Source of the DNA: Azolla caroliniana | Lineage: Eukaryota > Plantae > Polypodiophyta | NCBI GenBank assembly: GCA_043228905.1 | Contig: JBHGNT010000001.1 | Span: 10,540,001-10,604,000 of the forward strand | Direction: 5' to 3' | DNA: 64,000 nt | Part shown: positions 62,958 through 64,000 of the stretch, piece by piece | Layout of the letters: each line of letters begins with the position of its first letter | Position numbering within the stretch: the stretch's first letter is position 1 | The notes under the pieces: model-generated | Database searches by the model: none | What the model was told of the DNA's origin: nothing | The model's input: the letters and a program-made list of their open reading frames with translations, nothing else | Translations under genes and position numbers: made by a program

Positions 62958-64000
62958 GTGAAGTTTTCTTGCATGTTGTATCTATTCTTGGTTGCTGTTG
63001 GTTATAGATTTGTGAAAAGAATGTATGCACATATGTCCTCACCCTTCTCGGTGGACATTTGTGTATGACACTTATATTATCATGCCTATCTAACATCATA
63101 TTTCCTGCAAATTACTTTATATGCTGAGCATGCGATAAGTAAGTGATATTCGTACTCCACTAGGTTTTCATTGCATATCTTTGTATTTGGGTGATGATGC
63201 CATCATGCTACCTCAACACCTGACTTGTGTGAGCAAGTTCAAAGAAGTGTTAAGATGCTCTGAGAGCTAAGGTTCATGGGGGTAATGAGATGCGATTGGC
63301 TATGTTTTGGAATTTTTACCTTGTATTGTGGCCAACCTTTGCAATGTAATATTCCAAGTTTGACATTTTAGCATCTTGCCACTTCATCCTTAGTGCCTCT
63401 TGTATCTATCCTCAATGATCACATGCTTCATAGCATCACCTTAGAGCTCTAGTAGATATTTTACTCCCCATCTCTTAAAACCGTTCATAATGTCAAGCAC
63501 GCACCAAGCCAGATGAGAGGATTTTCTCTTACTAGCTTTTTGTACATTGCATCCTATGTTCCAAGCTTGTTTTAGCAGTCTATGATCAAGCATATCCTTT
63601 GTCTTTTGCTGCCTTGTTTACTGTTTCTTCAAGTATTTCATTGGCAGGAGAGAGAGAGAGAGAGGGCGAGTTCTTGTAAATGGAGACAACAGAACATTAA
63701 GCACAGTTTTATTGGAGAAGGTCAAAATTTTCTCCTCATGGAGTGTTTGTCTTGTTTATCGGTGATTCAACATGTCCCAGAACCCATGTTGTGGTACAAG
63801 TGTTTTCATACACTTATTAATATATTTTTATATTCTCATAGAGAGAAGGAGGGAGGGATAATGAAAGAAAGATATATTAACATCTTCTAAGACCAAAATT
63901 GGCCCATGAGACAATTGGTTTACAACAAAAATGGGGTATTTACCCATTTATCGAAAGTAAAAAAAAGAAGAAAAGAACTTAAGCTAAAGAATTCTAGTGA

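Overview
AT-rich, intron-containing land-plant nuclear DNA, probably a fern or other seed-free plant (inferred from PPR style and gene structure; not verifiable here). I assembled these genes by hand from GT-AG junctions: a 3-exon POB1/LRB-like BTB/POZ-BACK gene (-), two intronless PLS-class PPR genes without an intact DYW domain (+), a DeSI/PPPDE peptidase gene (-) with a duplicated C-terminal module and a dense heat-shock-element array upstream, a Sec14/CRAL-TRIO cluster (two intact 6-exon genes, one rearranged pseudogene, one inverted exon relic), a 13-exon FANCL gene (-), and the 5' four exons of a GH27 alpha-galactosidase (+) that runs off the window. Non-coding features include a double-guide box C/D snoRNA (predicted targets in 5.8S and 25S rRNA), a decayed 25S rRNA fragment, two inverted hAT-type MITEs, Gypsy and LINE relics, and microsatellites. 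Most notable are the snoRNA, a fold-back inversion that turns a pseudogene exon into a 27-bp-stem hairpin homologous to its intact paralogs, and the HSE array. Nothing here is a proven new biological system; these are testable candidates.
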